Shown here: positions 37,787 to 49,925 of the stretch, one piece after another
How positions within the stretch are numbered: position 1 is the stretch's first letter
Layout: the number at the start of each line of letters is the position of its first letter
Origin: Eledone cirrhosa
Lineage: Eukaryota
NCBI GenBank assembly: GCA_964016885.1
Contig: OZ024743.1
Span: forward strand, 367,908,001-367,972,000
Direction: 5' to 3'
Length of the DNA stretch: 64,000 bases
The notes under the pieces: generated by a model
What the model saw: the letters and a program-made list of their open reading frames with translations, nothing else
The model's database searches: none
What the model was told of the DNA's origin: nothing
Program-made: the position numbers and the translations under genes

Positions 37787-40225
37787 TGTTCTTCTGGTTT
37801 GATAATTTCACAAATTTTTTCCCAATAGAGAGAAAGTCGGTTTCTAACATAGACACAAGACTCTCTCATTGGAATTTACACAACATCAACTAGGTAGATA
37901 TGTATGTATGTCTGCATGTGTAGATATGGATGCTATTGTATGTGTGGATGTGTAAGTTTTGAGTTGTATGTGTGCATGTATATGCTTTGTATCTGTACAT
38001 GTGTATATGCAGTTATTAGATGCAAAATTTTTTAGAATGTTTTACATATATTTTTACTGTTCCATTAACGGATTGTACTTGTAATTTCCTAACTAGTTGT
38101 GTTCTTTCGGTTCCTGTGAAGCCTAGCTTCTCAAGATTTGTATTGAGGCAGTTACTAACATACCCCAGTGCCCCAATAATCACAGTCATAAATCTGAAGG
38201 TGTAATCAGGGTGGAGTATCTGCAGATTTCTCATCAGTTCTGCATAAATATTCTCCTTTTCGTTAATCTTTGATATTATATTGGCATCTCTTGGGCAGCT
38301 AATTTCCACTACTGTGCATGCTTTCTTCTCCCAGTCCCATATCATAATATCTGGTCTGTTATGCCTGCATTTTATTGGGGTTTTTACTGGAACATTCCAC
38401 CAGTACTCTTTCATATTATGTACATGGATGTCTTCCACATTGCTGTAGCTTTTAATGTGTTTATTATTGGGGCTATCTTTTTTACGGATTGCATTGTACA
38501 GTATTTTGGCCACTACATCATGCCTCATAGGTAGATAGTACCGCGATGACATCTTTGGACAGCTGTTGATGACATGAGTGATATCTTCGATGTTATTTCT
38601 GCAGTCTGCACTTGTCACATCTAGGTGTTTTGCCTGCATCCCTATCTCTTTTGTGAATCAGGTATTTCTTGTTAATTTCCTGTTCTTGGATTGCAAAAGC
38701 ATATCCTTCAAAGTGGGAGCCAATATAGCGGTTGTTGATCTAAGATAGACTACTTTCCTTATCTATATTACTCTCCCTCTGGAGCTTCCTGGCAACATAT
38801 CATTGCATGATTTTTTGCTGATAAGCATGCAGTTTTTCATCCATGGATTCACTGCGATACTGCTGAGCAACTTCCCTGGGTGTGGGTTTTTGATTATCAG
38901 ACAGGGAATATCTCTCGAGGAGTTCCTTCCCAACTCTCATGATCTTATCATACAGATAGACTTGCTTGAAAGATGGGCTCCTACGCTTCGAGGTTCGTAG
39001 ATGTCAGAGGGATATGATGTGACATTCAAATGCTGTCTGGACTGATGTTAGGCCTCTGCCTCCCTGCTTACGTTTCAAGTAAAGGCGGTCTATGTAACTG
39101 TTGATGCGGAAGTTTCCAGTGTTGTTTAGTATTTTTCGAGTTCCAAAATCAACTGCTCGAATTTCGTCTATCGTCCAATTGAGTATTCCAAACGTTGGTG
39201 TTAGGACAGGCACAGCAAACACATTGTGAGTCACTGTTTTGTTTTGCGCAGAGAGTTCTGATGACCAAATCTTTCTTAATTGGGTGTAGTATTCCCTGGT
39301 TACGCGTTCCTTATTACAGATATTTTGATCTATCCCCAGGTATCTGTAGCAGTCCTCATCAGATATCAGTGAAACAGCTAGGTCATTAATGACAATGGTA
39401 CTAGATTGGGTTGTTGTTTTTCCCCGCTTTACAGTCATATATGAGCATTTATCTTGGCCAAACTCCATTCCTATATCCTTTGAGAACGTTGTAACCAGGT
39501 CAAGATTTTTCTTCATCCCATCCATGTTCTTAGCATAGAGTTTCAGATCATACACAAAGAAATTAAGGGTTAGGTTCGTATTTCTGTCCTCCTGTAAGCC
39601 AATGATATATCCTTTCTCATTTCTTGAGCAGAAAGGACAAGGGGTTTAATGACAGGATGAATAATATCACAGAGAGACTGTCTCCCTGAAATATGCCCCT
39701 GCGATATTTTATTTTATCAATGAAAATAGAGTCCTCCCTCTCTGTCTTTAACCTTAGGATAGTAGCCCAAGAAGAAGACAGCTTCTCTATGGCTCTGATA
39801 ATAATGTCTGGGACTTTAGCAAGTTGGAGGGCCTCTATCATCCAAGAGTGGGGAACAGAATCGAAAGCTTTCCTGTAGTCCAGCCAGACTGTAGCCATAT
39901 TCCTCCTAAGTTGTCGCACCTCCAACATCGCAGTTTTGTTGATTAGGAGTTGTTCAGCACATCCCCAAACCTTTTTCTTTCCAGCTGCTTGTTCATCTGT
40001 GATGATGTTATTATTTTCACAGTGATCTTGGAGGAATAGGTTCAGGCAGGCTGTATATATCGTATACATCAGGTTCTGGCATGCAATGGGTCGGTAGTTT
40101 TTTGCCAAGTGGGTGTCTTTGTTCTTGGGGACCAGTAATGTTTGTGTTAATGTCAACCATTCTGGTATAAGTGTATCTCCCTTAAGAACTTGTTGGTAGA
40201 GGTCAGTAAGATACCTCCGATAGAA
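37787..40225 (-). mobile_element. R4/Dong-like RLE-type non-LTR retrotransposon, 5'-truncated and decayed
   Basis: RT (KNYRPIAC, WLDYRKAFDSVPH, GIFQGDSLS, YDLKLYA, GGRGL), CCHC-like remnant (C..EDITHVINSC) and RLE (RHD.VA, HNRPDI, VVEISCP, K..IY). Confidence 0.88.
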
Positions 40226-40705
40226 TATGTATGTATGTATGTAAAAGGTAAACAAAAATGACAAACGGTACAGTTCACGGAAGAAATATATTTTTGTTTA
40301 ACTAGTCCTTCATCAGAATATAGAGTGAGAAATAGAAGATAAATAGAAAATAAAGAATGATGAGAGGAAGGAACGGGGAAATGAGAAAAAAAATTGGTGA
40401 GAAAAAACACGTGTGTATTCAGTCGTCCATCTTGGACCTGGTGAAATGGTACCTTCGGCGTAAGAGAAGTTTAGGAAGGGTGATAACTAATGTGTAGTGA
40501 GTATGCTTGCATGTTGGTGTGTGTGTGTGCATGCGTGTGTGCACATGAAGGTGTGTTCATATATTTGAAGGAGAAGCCTTGAAGCGTGACAAGCTGGCTG
40601 CTGACCAATGTAAAGAGGTGTATAGGAATGTATATAAATTTCTACATATATGTACATCAACACAAACACAGCAGCAGCTGAGAGGGTAGTGAAAAAAGCA
40701 GTGAC

Positions 40706-41539
40706 CGTTGTAGCGAATAATCCAGTTGTAACGAATAAGTGAATAGATGGAATTGTTGGTATGATGGTTTCAATGTAAAGAATAATACCAGGATGGTGTG
40801 GTTACAATGTTTATTTTATTATAACAATATTCGATTTGAATATTGAATGATAAAATCTATAACATAAAATATTCGTACAATAATTTGGTGGGTCTTCGAG
40901 CCACGTAAATACAAGTATCACAGAATACGATTATAATATAATTTGTATTGTATCTGAAAGATACAATGTGACAAACAGAAATGATGCGTGTGAAATGAAA
41001 ACAGTGTGAATTTACTATGTGTGTGTGTATTAGTATACTCTCTTGTTTTAGCAGTGGTAGTAATCACTCAGCCAGGCGGGAATGGCGGGTGAGAAATTAG
41101 TGGGCAGACTGATTTTTCGTGACGAGGGCATGTAAATGTGACTTGTCTTGTCTTGTCTGTAGTCTCACTTTTTTCTGCCGGGGTGTAAACTACGCTTGTA
41201 TTTATAAGGGTTGAAGTTAGAAGGATAGATATATCCTCTGACCTTTAGTTAGAATCTCCCAATGGGTTGGTCTGCTGGGTGTAAACAACCCTTGTATTTA
41301 TAACGGTTGAATTTAGAAGGATGGATATATCTGACCTCTATTCTGCCAGTTGTAAACAACATCTGACCTGTGTTTAGCATCTCCCAAGGGGTTGGTCTGC
41401 CGGGTATAAACAACTAACCACGGCTTCTCCCAGAGGCGGGAAAGCTCAGATTCGGTTTCGAATCTTCGCCGCCGTTATACCGGTATATTTCATTACCTGG
41501 TATGGTTGTAATAGAAGTTGCATAACTTCGCATACAACA
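40706..41539 (-). mobile_element. Putative solo LTR
   Basis: Ends (C)GTTGTAGCGAA...TTCGCATACAACA are imperfect inverted termini; minus-strand TATAAA (about 41200 and 41297) lies upstream of AATAAA (about 40815); internal direct repeats; no TSD seen. Confidence 0.4.
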
Positions 41540-41872
41540 CTACAGTGTAGAATTTTAACACTGTTCTGTATTTCTACCATTATATTGTTCAAAATAAAAC
41601 ATGCTTTATGAAAATCGACCAATAATTAACAAAGTTATAAACAATTTTAAGTAGAGAGTTACTTTCCACCCACCCGGTATGTGTGTGTTGGTGTGTGTAT
41701 TTACATCTACACTACTTAATAACTGGTGTTGGTTGCTTATGTCCCATAATATAGAGATCAATAAAATAAGTATAAGACTAAAAAGAAAAAGTACTTAAAT
41801 CAATATAATTCACCAAACCCATGAAGGTGGTGTCCCAGTATGGCTGCAGTCCAATGAGTAAAACCACTAAAA

Positions 41873-41929
<57 letters not shown>

Positions 41930-42056
41930 AAAATTTTATTTAAATTGTTGGGATACAACAAGCAAATATTTTTATAACTGATATAAAGCACTCGACAAAT
42001 ATTTGGAGTAGATATACGATATTAATAAATGGAAACTATATTTATAAAACCATATC

Positions 42057-42121
42057 TATTTCATTATATATGTTTCAAGGATACCAAGTTACATTATGGT
42101 ATGCCTTCATCAGACAAAATA
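42057..42121 (-). ncRNA. Mirror hammerhead ribozyme motif on the minus strand
   Basis: Exact reverse complement of 42188-42252 within the palindrome. Confidence 0.65.
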
Positions 42122-42187
42122 CAATATATAATAGTTCTATAAATAGACATTGACGTCAATGTCTATTTATAGAACTGTTATATATTG

Positions 42188-42252
42188 TATTTTGTCTGAT
42201 GAAGGCATACCATAATGTAACTTGGTATCCTTGAAACATATATAATGAAATA
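42188..42252 (+). ncRNA. Type I hammerhead ribozyme motif (PLE minimal type)
   Basis: Stem I TATTTTGT/ATGAAATA, core CTGATGA 42196-42202, stem II AGGCATACCA/TGGTATCCTT, GAAA 42233-42236, short helix III, predicted cut after A42244. Confidence 0.65.
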
Positions 42253-42291
42253 GATATGGTTTTATAAATATAGTTTCCATTTATTAATATC

Positions 42292-42362
<71 letters not shown>

Positions 42363-42398
42363 AAAGAATAGAGGTGTAACACACGAGTTGTGATATAT

Positions 42399-44965
42399 TA
42401 GTAAAAGGAAAAGAAAATGCTGACAAATTTTTCCCAGTGAAAAATAGTTTAATTAGGAATAAGTAAAAATTAGTAATAAGTATTGGTTAGTATTCAGTTT
42501 TAGTTTTAAGTTTTTACCGGTTGCGCATTTCTAATGATTTTCAAAAATCATTTTGAGATAGAGCGCCCGTGATGTTTGCTCTAATCTGATCAGTTTTGGA
42601 AATTCTACCTGTTTTATGTGAAAAAAGTGGCTCCAGAGGTATTAAGATTTGGTTGGTTGTTGAATGTCACGTGAATGAGTACTATAAGTTTCGCGCCAAT
42701 TCGTGTTGCAAAAATTCTTGTAGTCAAAACAATTTTGATTGGTCGGTAGAGGTCACGTGAATGTTAAAAATTGATTTTGCGCCAAATGTAGGTTTGTCGA
42801 AGAGTGTCCTTTTTTGCCTGATTGAGAAGTCACTGAAAAATAAGTCTTTTAAGACAAATATGTGTGTGTGTGTAGTAAAGAGGTTCATTGTTGTGATAAT
42901 GGTCAGTAGGGATGTGTGTGTGAATTGCAGTCATGTTGAAAGGTCAACAGTTCAGGTGTCTATTAAGACAAATATGTGTGTGTGTGTGTAGCAGAGTGAT
43001 TTGTGGTAGAGGGATTCGGTCAGTAGGAATGTGTCTGTACGTGTGTGGGGGATATTTTAACATGTTGAAAGATATTTTTCAGCTCTTGTCTTATACGGAG
43101 AAGTGTGTGTGTGTATGTATGTTTGTATGTTAGTGTATGTGTGTGTGTATATGTGTGTGTGTGTATGTGTGTGTGTGTGTGGGTGGATCAGTATTTTTGT
43201 GATACTGGTAAAAATGGTGCACATTATTCGATATTTTCAGTAATTTGCAAAAACAATTCTCTCAAAAGAACATCAAAAACATTAATAATAAAAGGGGTGA
43301 AATGATATATAGTATTGTCATAACACCAAGGTGTGTGTGAGTGTCCAGATTGTACGTACTGCAGGGGGAATCCATTAGGCCCTGCTGTATGGGAATACTT
43401 GTGTACAAATATGTATGTGCCCATCAGTGTGCAATGCATGTGTGCGTATATGTATGTGTGTGTGTCGGCACGTTTATATCTATAGACATCAAAAGGTATG
43501 CAAATTTGTGTATATTTGTGTTGCACCATAGAACATGTGTGTTTACGTATGTCATTGTGTTTATATGTGGATAGAGATGTATGTAGGATGTATGCTGATG
43601 TAGGTATGTATATTGACGTGTGTATGTTGTGGGTTCGTCTTAGGGAGAAGTGTTTAGACGGGGTCAGTATTTGTTAATAAAGTGAGATTCCTTGCTGATG
43701 CGCTGGGTGTGAGTGGCATATCTTTAAATTTGTAGAGGGGAAATACTACGAAAAGGCTGAAGACTACAATCAACGGAAAATTATGAGAAACCTAGAAACT
43801 CTGATCAACTAATATAAAGAAGGACTCACTAACAAGGAATTCAGCTTCATCACAGACTTCACAAGTAAATCCAGCCTTTTCTACGGTATCCCTAAAGTAC
43901 ATAAAAGCGAATTAATAAGTAAGGCATGCAAGGAAGCCACAGACATAGTTATCAATGTCCCCTCACCCAATTATCTCAAATTAAGACCTATAATAGCAGG
44001 CCCCGCTTGCGAAACCCACCGCCTTAGCAACTTCATTGATACCTTTCTCAAGTCTTTTCTCAAACACATCAAAAGCTATATAAGGGACGACTTAGATATG
44101 CTCAATCACCTCCCTATACTCCAACATCCCCCACAACCTAGGAATAGAAGCTATCCCAAATTAAAATACGGGAATACAGGAAAATGCCACTGAGTGAACA
44201 CATTGATACCTGTGCCCCCCAAAATCATCCCAACTTTAGAATCTTTCCCCTCAACAAATTTAAAGATAATGCCACCCACACCCAGCGCATCAGCAAGGAA
44301 TCTTACTTTATTAACAAATACTGACCCCGTCTAAACACTTCTCCCTAAGACGAACCCACAACATACACACGTCAACATACATACCTACATCAGCATACAT
44401 CCTACATACATCTCTATCCACATATAAACACAATGACATACGTAAACACACATATTCTATGGTGCAACACAAATATACACAAATTTGCATACCATTTGAT
44501 GTCTATAGATATAAACGTGCCGACACACATACATAAACGCACACATGCATTGCACACTAATGGGCACATACATATTTGTACACAAGTATTCCCATACAGC
44601 AGGGCCTAATGGATTCCCCCTGCAGTACGTACAATCTCGACACTCACACACACCTTGGTATTATGCCAATACTATATATCATTTCACCCTTTTTATTATT
44701 AATGTTTTTGATGTTCTTTTGAGAGAATCGTTTTTGCAAATTACTGAAAATATCGAATAATGTACACCATTTTTACCAGTATCACAAAAATACTGATCCA
44801 CCCACACACACACGCGTACACTAACATACAAACATACATACACACACACACACACTTCTCCGTATAAGACAAGAGCTGAAAAATATCTTTCAACATGTTA
44901 AAATATCCCCCACACACGTACAGACACATTCCTACTGACCGCTCCCTCTACCACGAATTACTCTG

Positions 44966-45001
<36 letters not shown>

Positions 45002-45520
45002 TTGTCTTAATAGACACCTGAACTGTTGACCTTTCAACATGACTGCAATTCACACACGTACACACACATCCCTACTGACCATTATCACTACAATGAACCT
45101 CTTTACTACACACACACACATATTTGTCTTAAAAGACTTATTTTTCAGTGACTTCTCAATCAGGCGAAAAAGGACACTCTTCGACAAACCTACATTTGGC
45201 GCAAAATCAATTTTTAACATTCACGCGAAACTTATAGTACTCATTCACGTGACATTCAACAACCAACCAAATCTTAATACCTCTGGAGCCACTTTTTTCA
45301 CATAAAACAGGTAGAATTTCCAAAACTGATCAGATTAGAGCAAACATCACGGGCGCTCTATCTCAAAATGATTTTTGAAAATCATTAGAAATGCGCAACC
45401 GGTAAAAACTTAAAACTAAAACTGAATACTAACCAATACTTATTACTCATTTTTACTTATTCCTAATTAAACTATTTTTCACTGGGAAAAATTTGTCAGC
45501 ATTTTCTTTTCCTTTTACTA
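42399..45520 (+). mobile_element. Penelope-like element, internally deleted, with a long inverted copy of its 3' end
   Basis: Arms 42399-43743 and 44244-45520 are reverse complements; the central part encodes PLE RT motifs fused to a GIY-YIG C-terminus. Confidence 0.85.
43741..44349 (+). pseudogene. PLE RT/GIY-YIG remnant
   Basis: Manual translation: LFYGIPKVHK...LKLRPIIAGPACETHRLSNFID...SYIRDDLD, then YSNIPHNLGIEAI, then PLSEHID...RISKESYFINKY*PRLN. Confidence 0.8.
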
Positions 45521-46664
45521 TATATATATTGTTTAGGGTTTTCTTTAAACATTTTGATGAATTTCATTATTTCATGCTATCTTTAATTTTATATATATGC
45601 ACTTAGATTTATTGAAAATCCAGTAATGTACACATCTATTCTTTGTTGCAATTGCTGTTTTACATTAGAATTCTGTTATCTATTCAAACTGAACAATGGA
45701 TAATAAATCATTTTATGTGGTGAATTTTGAAAAAATTTTAGTAATCTTCCACTTCACTGATTTTACCTGTAGTTGTATATAATTAAAATTGTATTGAGAC
45801 AAAAATTCCATTATAGATTATGTAAGAACCTTTTGTTCAGTTCTATTCTAAATACTACTTTAATATATCAATAAACATAAAAGTTATAGTTATTTCATGA
45901 AACACATTCCACACTCATGGCAATTTTACAATTTAATTGAAATACATTGGCAGTGTATTCTGGTTAGAGATATATTAATGACAGTGTTTCAGCTGAGAAC
46001 ATGTCCTCTTTCTCACAAGAGAATTAATAAATGAATATCTTAACCATAACATCTTCTTTGTCCATTTATTTCTGGGAGGGTTGTGGGAGCAGAGTCCTCA
46101 AACACACTTTCCAGTGGATCCTGTCAGAAGCAAGTGTCCCCAGCTGATCCAGCTGGATCTCCCAGTAAGACCAATCAAGTTCATGGATGCTATCCAACCA
46201 TCTTGCTTGTGATGTTACTCCAAAGGCCTTTCAGAGGAACCCTATTTTAGCTGCTTGTAACAACATGTATAACTTCAAACCCTCATAGATCTGCTGGCTG
46301 ATGAGAATTCCCTTATCTGGAATTTGCTGGTTATGGATTTATTATTAATTGATAACCAATGGATTCTCTATGGAATTTGAAACAGTATTGTACCAGCTTT
46401 GATGTGGATTTTTGTACTCTGGCAGATTTTTATGTGCTAAATTAGGAGGATATTGGCTGTTTCAGTTGATGAAATTGTGAGTACTTTAAGGCTTTCATAT
46501 GTTAATCAGTTGATACAATAACTACACTGTTTTCAATGCTTAAGCTTCTGGCTGGGAATGTTGCATTATAATTAATCCTATGCATGTTCTCCAAATGCAT
46601 TTATTGAGCAAATTGTAAACAACTAGATTGAAATTACTGGATATTGATCTAAACTCTTGCAACA

Positions 46665-47015
46665 AAGAGTTACGGCCCTTTATGGTCTGAGTTCAAATTC
46701 CGCCGAGGTTAACTTTGCCTTTCATCCTTACAAGGTCGATAAAATAAAGTACCAGTAATGCACTGGGATAATTGCTGGCCTTGTGCCAAAAGTAGAAATA
46801 ATTATTATATATATATATATAAGGGGCGGTGGATTGGCAGTATCGGTAGAGGGTCGGACACCATGCTTTGATGCATAGAGTTATGGCCCTTGCCATTCTG
46901 AGTTCAAATCCTGCCGAGGTTAACTTTGCCTTTCATCCTTACGGGGTCGATAAAATAAAGTACCAGTAATGCATTGGGTAATTGCCTGCCTTGTGCCAAA
47001 AGTAGAAACAATTAT
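46665..47015 (+). mobile_element. Two tandem tRNA-derived SINEs (truncated 46665-46805; full 46822-47015)
   Basis: A box TGGCAGTATCGG, B box GAGTTCAAATCC, core GCCTTTCATCCTTACGGGGTCGATAAAATAAAGTACCAG, AT tail. Confidence 0.8.
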
Positions 47016-47127
47016 ATATATATGTGTAATTGATAGTATGCACATTTGCATATAGTGCAAAGTTGGCTGTTTATAATTATTTGCCAGTAGCATTAAGACA
47101 GCATTTAATCAAAATATTAAAACATAT

Positions 47128-47408
47128 AAACATATACTATATGTTTACATATAGTATATGTTTACATATACTATATGTTTACATATACTATATGTTTACA
47201 TATACTATATGTTTACATATACTATATGTTTACATATACTATATGTTTACATATAGTATATGTTTACATATACTATATGTTTACATATACTATATGTTTA
47301 CATATACTATATGTAAACATATACTATATGTTTACATATACTATATGTTTACATATACTATATGTAAACATATACTATATGTTTACATATACTATATGTT
47401 TACATATA
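47128..47408. repeat. 17-bp minisatellite (TTTACATATACTATATG), about 16 units
   Basis: Directly visible; the 17-aa periodicity in the ORF track equals three units. Confidence 0.95.
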
Positions 47409-48198
47409 ATAAACACATGGATAGCCTCGCTATAAAAAAAAAATATTTTCAAAACGAAAAAATATATTTTATCTCCATTATCCGCTGTGAATCTATTAGA
47501 GAGTTTCCAGTACAGTTTAGAATGCCAGACAGTGTTGTTTTAAGATTTGTTAATTTTTAATCAGTGACACTTACTCAATATGTACTGGCATGGAAATAGA
47601 TTAGAGTCTATATGGAATTTTGCATTGGGTGGTTTTTATTTCATATAACCAGAACTGTTTTTGTCCAGGTTGATATGAAAAGTGTGAACAGTGGTAGCCC
47701 TGGAATATGTTACCTTACAAGAAAGGGAGATCAAGTAGTAGTTAAGCCATCTTTTGGCCACTGCTTTCTGTACTTGAAGAGAATGCGTGATCAATTGATG
47801 ATGGTCAAAAGGTTAGGCATTTCCACCTAGCCACAACCCTACCATGCATAGCACTAACATGGTTAGTGCTAGCCCTGTATATGCAATTAATGTTTATAGT
47901 ATTTAGCATGGTTTTATTGACTGGATGCCCTCCCACTCACCAAACACTTTATAAGCTTAGAATCTTCATCATACCTCCTACACTAGAGAGGATGTCTGTC
48001 CCCTCTACACTGTATCCCTTTTTATTCACAGTTACTGCCCTCTTAAATAGGCTACTTTTGCTAAAGCTTACAAAGTCCATGTTTCATGCAGTATTTATTC
48101 AGACTTACTCCTAGATGGATTGCCTTCAATATGGCTTACATATATGTATACAAGTAGGAATTTTCATCATCATATATGTAAAAATATGTGTGTGTATA

Positions 48199-49056
48199 TA
48201 CAATGTCTGACAAAATATTTACTTACTTTAGGATGGGAAAAAAAAGAAATTATAAAGTAAAGTATATCCTTATTGTTGTTCAATTGTTAATCCCTTCTAA
48301 GTAAGCCCCTTGTGCCTCTGCACAGCCCAACAATCCTGTTCAAATTATTTCTGAAATACTGTTTCCAAATGGCTTTCAGTTCTGCTGTTACAGTCTGTAT
48401 AATTACTGCTCAGCTTTCAAAGTGGCATCCTTTCTGTAGCATTTCTATTTCTGGGGTTAACCATAAGTCAAAAGAAGCCCTGTCTGAAGTGTAGCGAGTT
48501 AGACAAATGGGTGAAAAACTTTTCTATACCAAAAGGTTTTTGATCAGCTGCAACGAATGAACCAGGGCCTTGTCAGTTCTGTGAGGCCCACAAATCTAGC
48601 TTCTTGCACTGAGCTGCATCATGAAAACATTAGAAGACTTCCTAATAGTACCCATTTGTAACAGTTAGTTTTTCTCGTGTGTACTTGTGATGCACAATGC
48701 CTCAGCATCTTCTGTTCCACAATTGATTACCTTGTGATGATTGAGCTTTGGTTTCTGGGTTGTATTCAAACACCCATGTCCCATCTTCAGTCATCACGGT
48801 ATTCAGGAACTCAAGATCTGTGTTGGTAGTATTGGGTGAAGTGAAAATAGGATGTATAAGTATTACAGCACCTCATATGCTAGCTACCTAACAGTGACTG
48901 ACACATCCAACAAGTTAGCTAAACAGTATACATGTGCAGCTCTGTATACTAAACAGTATACAGTATGCAGCTCCACTCTGCACATTTCTGCTTCCTAACC
49001 TCATTACTTCTCATAAGAAAGAAATGAAGTTGGATACTTTTTCGACAAGTATTGTA
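48199..49056 (-). mobile_element. Mariner DNA transposon remnant
   Basis: Minus-strand remnants resembling TGDETW (TEDGTWVFEYNPETKAQS), YSPDLAP-like YTSDRASFDLW and C-terminal CAEAQGAY; weak TACAAT...ATTGTA ends. Confidence 0.6.
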
Positions 49057-49117
49057 TATTGATGCCACCATCAGATGTGCAGCAGGTATATATGTGCATG
49101 TGTTTTTTTTTGTGTGC

Positions 49118-49157
<40 letters not shown>

Positions 49158-49572
49158 ATAGTTTACAAAATATACAAATAATTTACAAGATATATAGCAC
49201 ACTGACTATAGATTATTCAGATAGCTGAAAAATGTTTTGGTTTGTTTTTTTCCATTATACAAATATATGCTGTTAATAGACACCCAAAGACAATGCTTAA
49301 TTTAAGCTTAGGCTCCATCATATTTTCTAACACAAGTTTAGACAGAAAAAGCATCATTTAAAACAATAATGGAATGCAACATTTCCTAAATATGAATGAT
49401 TATAATAGACAACCATATAATTTCATTTTATCAACTGTACTCTTCTTGAGAGATAGCGGGGGAAGAGAGAGAGGAATGATGGAGATAGTGAGGAGAGAGA
49501 AAGAAGGGGATGAGGTGAGATAGAGTGAGAGATAGAGTGAGAGAGACAAACAGTCATATACATATGCATATA

Positions 49573-49925
49573 TGATGGCTGCCCCCTCGTTATCGAGTAT
49601 GGCCATTGCACGATGTACCATTATTAATAATTATTAATTAATTCTATCGTGCAATGCTTGTGCATGACGATATTTGTTAAAGTGAGGAAAGACTGTGCAC
49701 TGAGCCAATCCCACTCTCTCAGCGACAGTAGCTATAACCCGAAAAGAAGAAAAGATCAACATCATCGGTAACTACAGAGCCGCAGGTTTTATATCAGAGT
49801 TATCCTAGTTTCCTGAGATGCCTTCTCCTAGAAGAATACCCTGTCAAAGGCTAGGGCTCCTTCACTCCCAGTGGTTTAACCGCGTGATCGGGTGTCCAGC
49901 CCGACTATTTCTGTGTCCCCGCGCA
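49573..49925 (-). mobile_element. Divergent module Y element (no C2H2 remnant)
   Basis: Shares CCTAGCCTTTG..TTCTAGGAGAAGG..AACTCTGATAT..GATGTTGA..GAGAGTGGGA.TGGCT with 36832 and the 3' end CTCGATAACGAG..GGCAGCCATCAT. Confidence 0.7.

Larger units (their letters stand above)
42012..42297. repeat. Near-perfect 286-bp palindrome with no spacer
   Basis: Centre TGAC|GTCA at 42154/42155; 143-bp arms with one mismatch seen (42132/42177); lies between two (TA)n tracts. Confidence 0.95.

Noticed and set aside
40260-40325. Minus-strand CTGATGAAGG as a hammerhead core
   Set aside because: Followed by GAAC instead of GAAA and no convincing stem I; at most a decayed PLE terminal fragment.
46822-46915. 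tRNA gene
   Set aside because: A and B boxes are present, but there is no clean cloverleaf and it continues into a repeated SINE body.
47030-47560. 176-aa ORF with a 17-aa repeat; array could look CRISPR-like
   Set aside because: Product of a 17-bp tandem minisatellite; no unique spacers, no cas genes, eukaryotic context.
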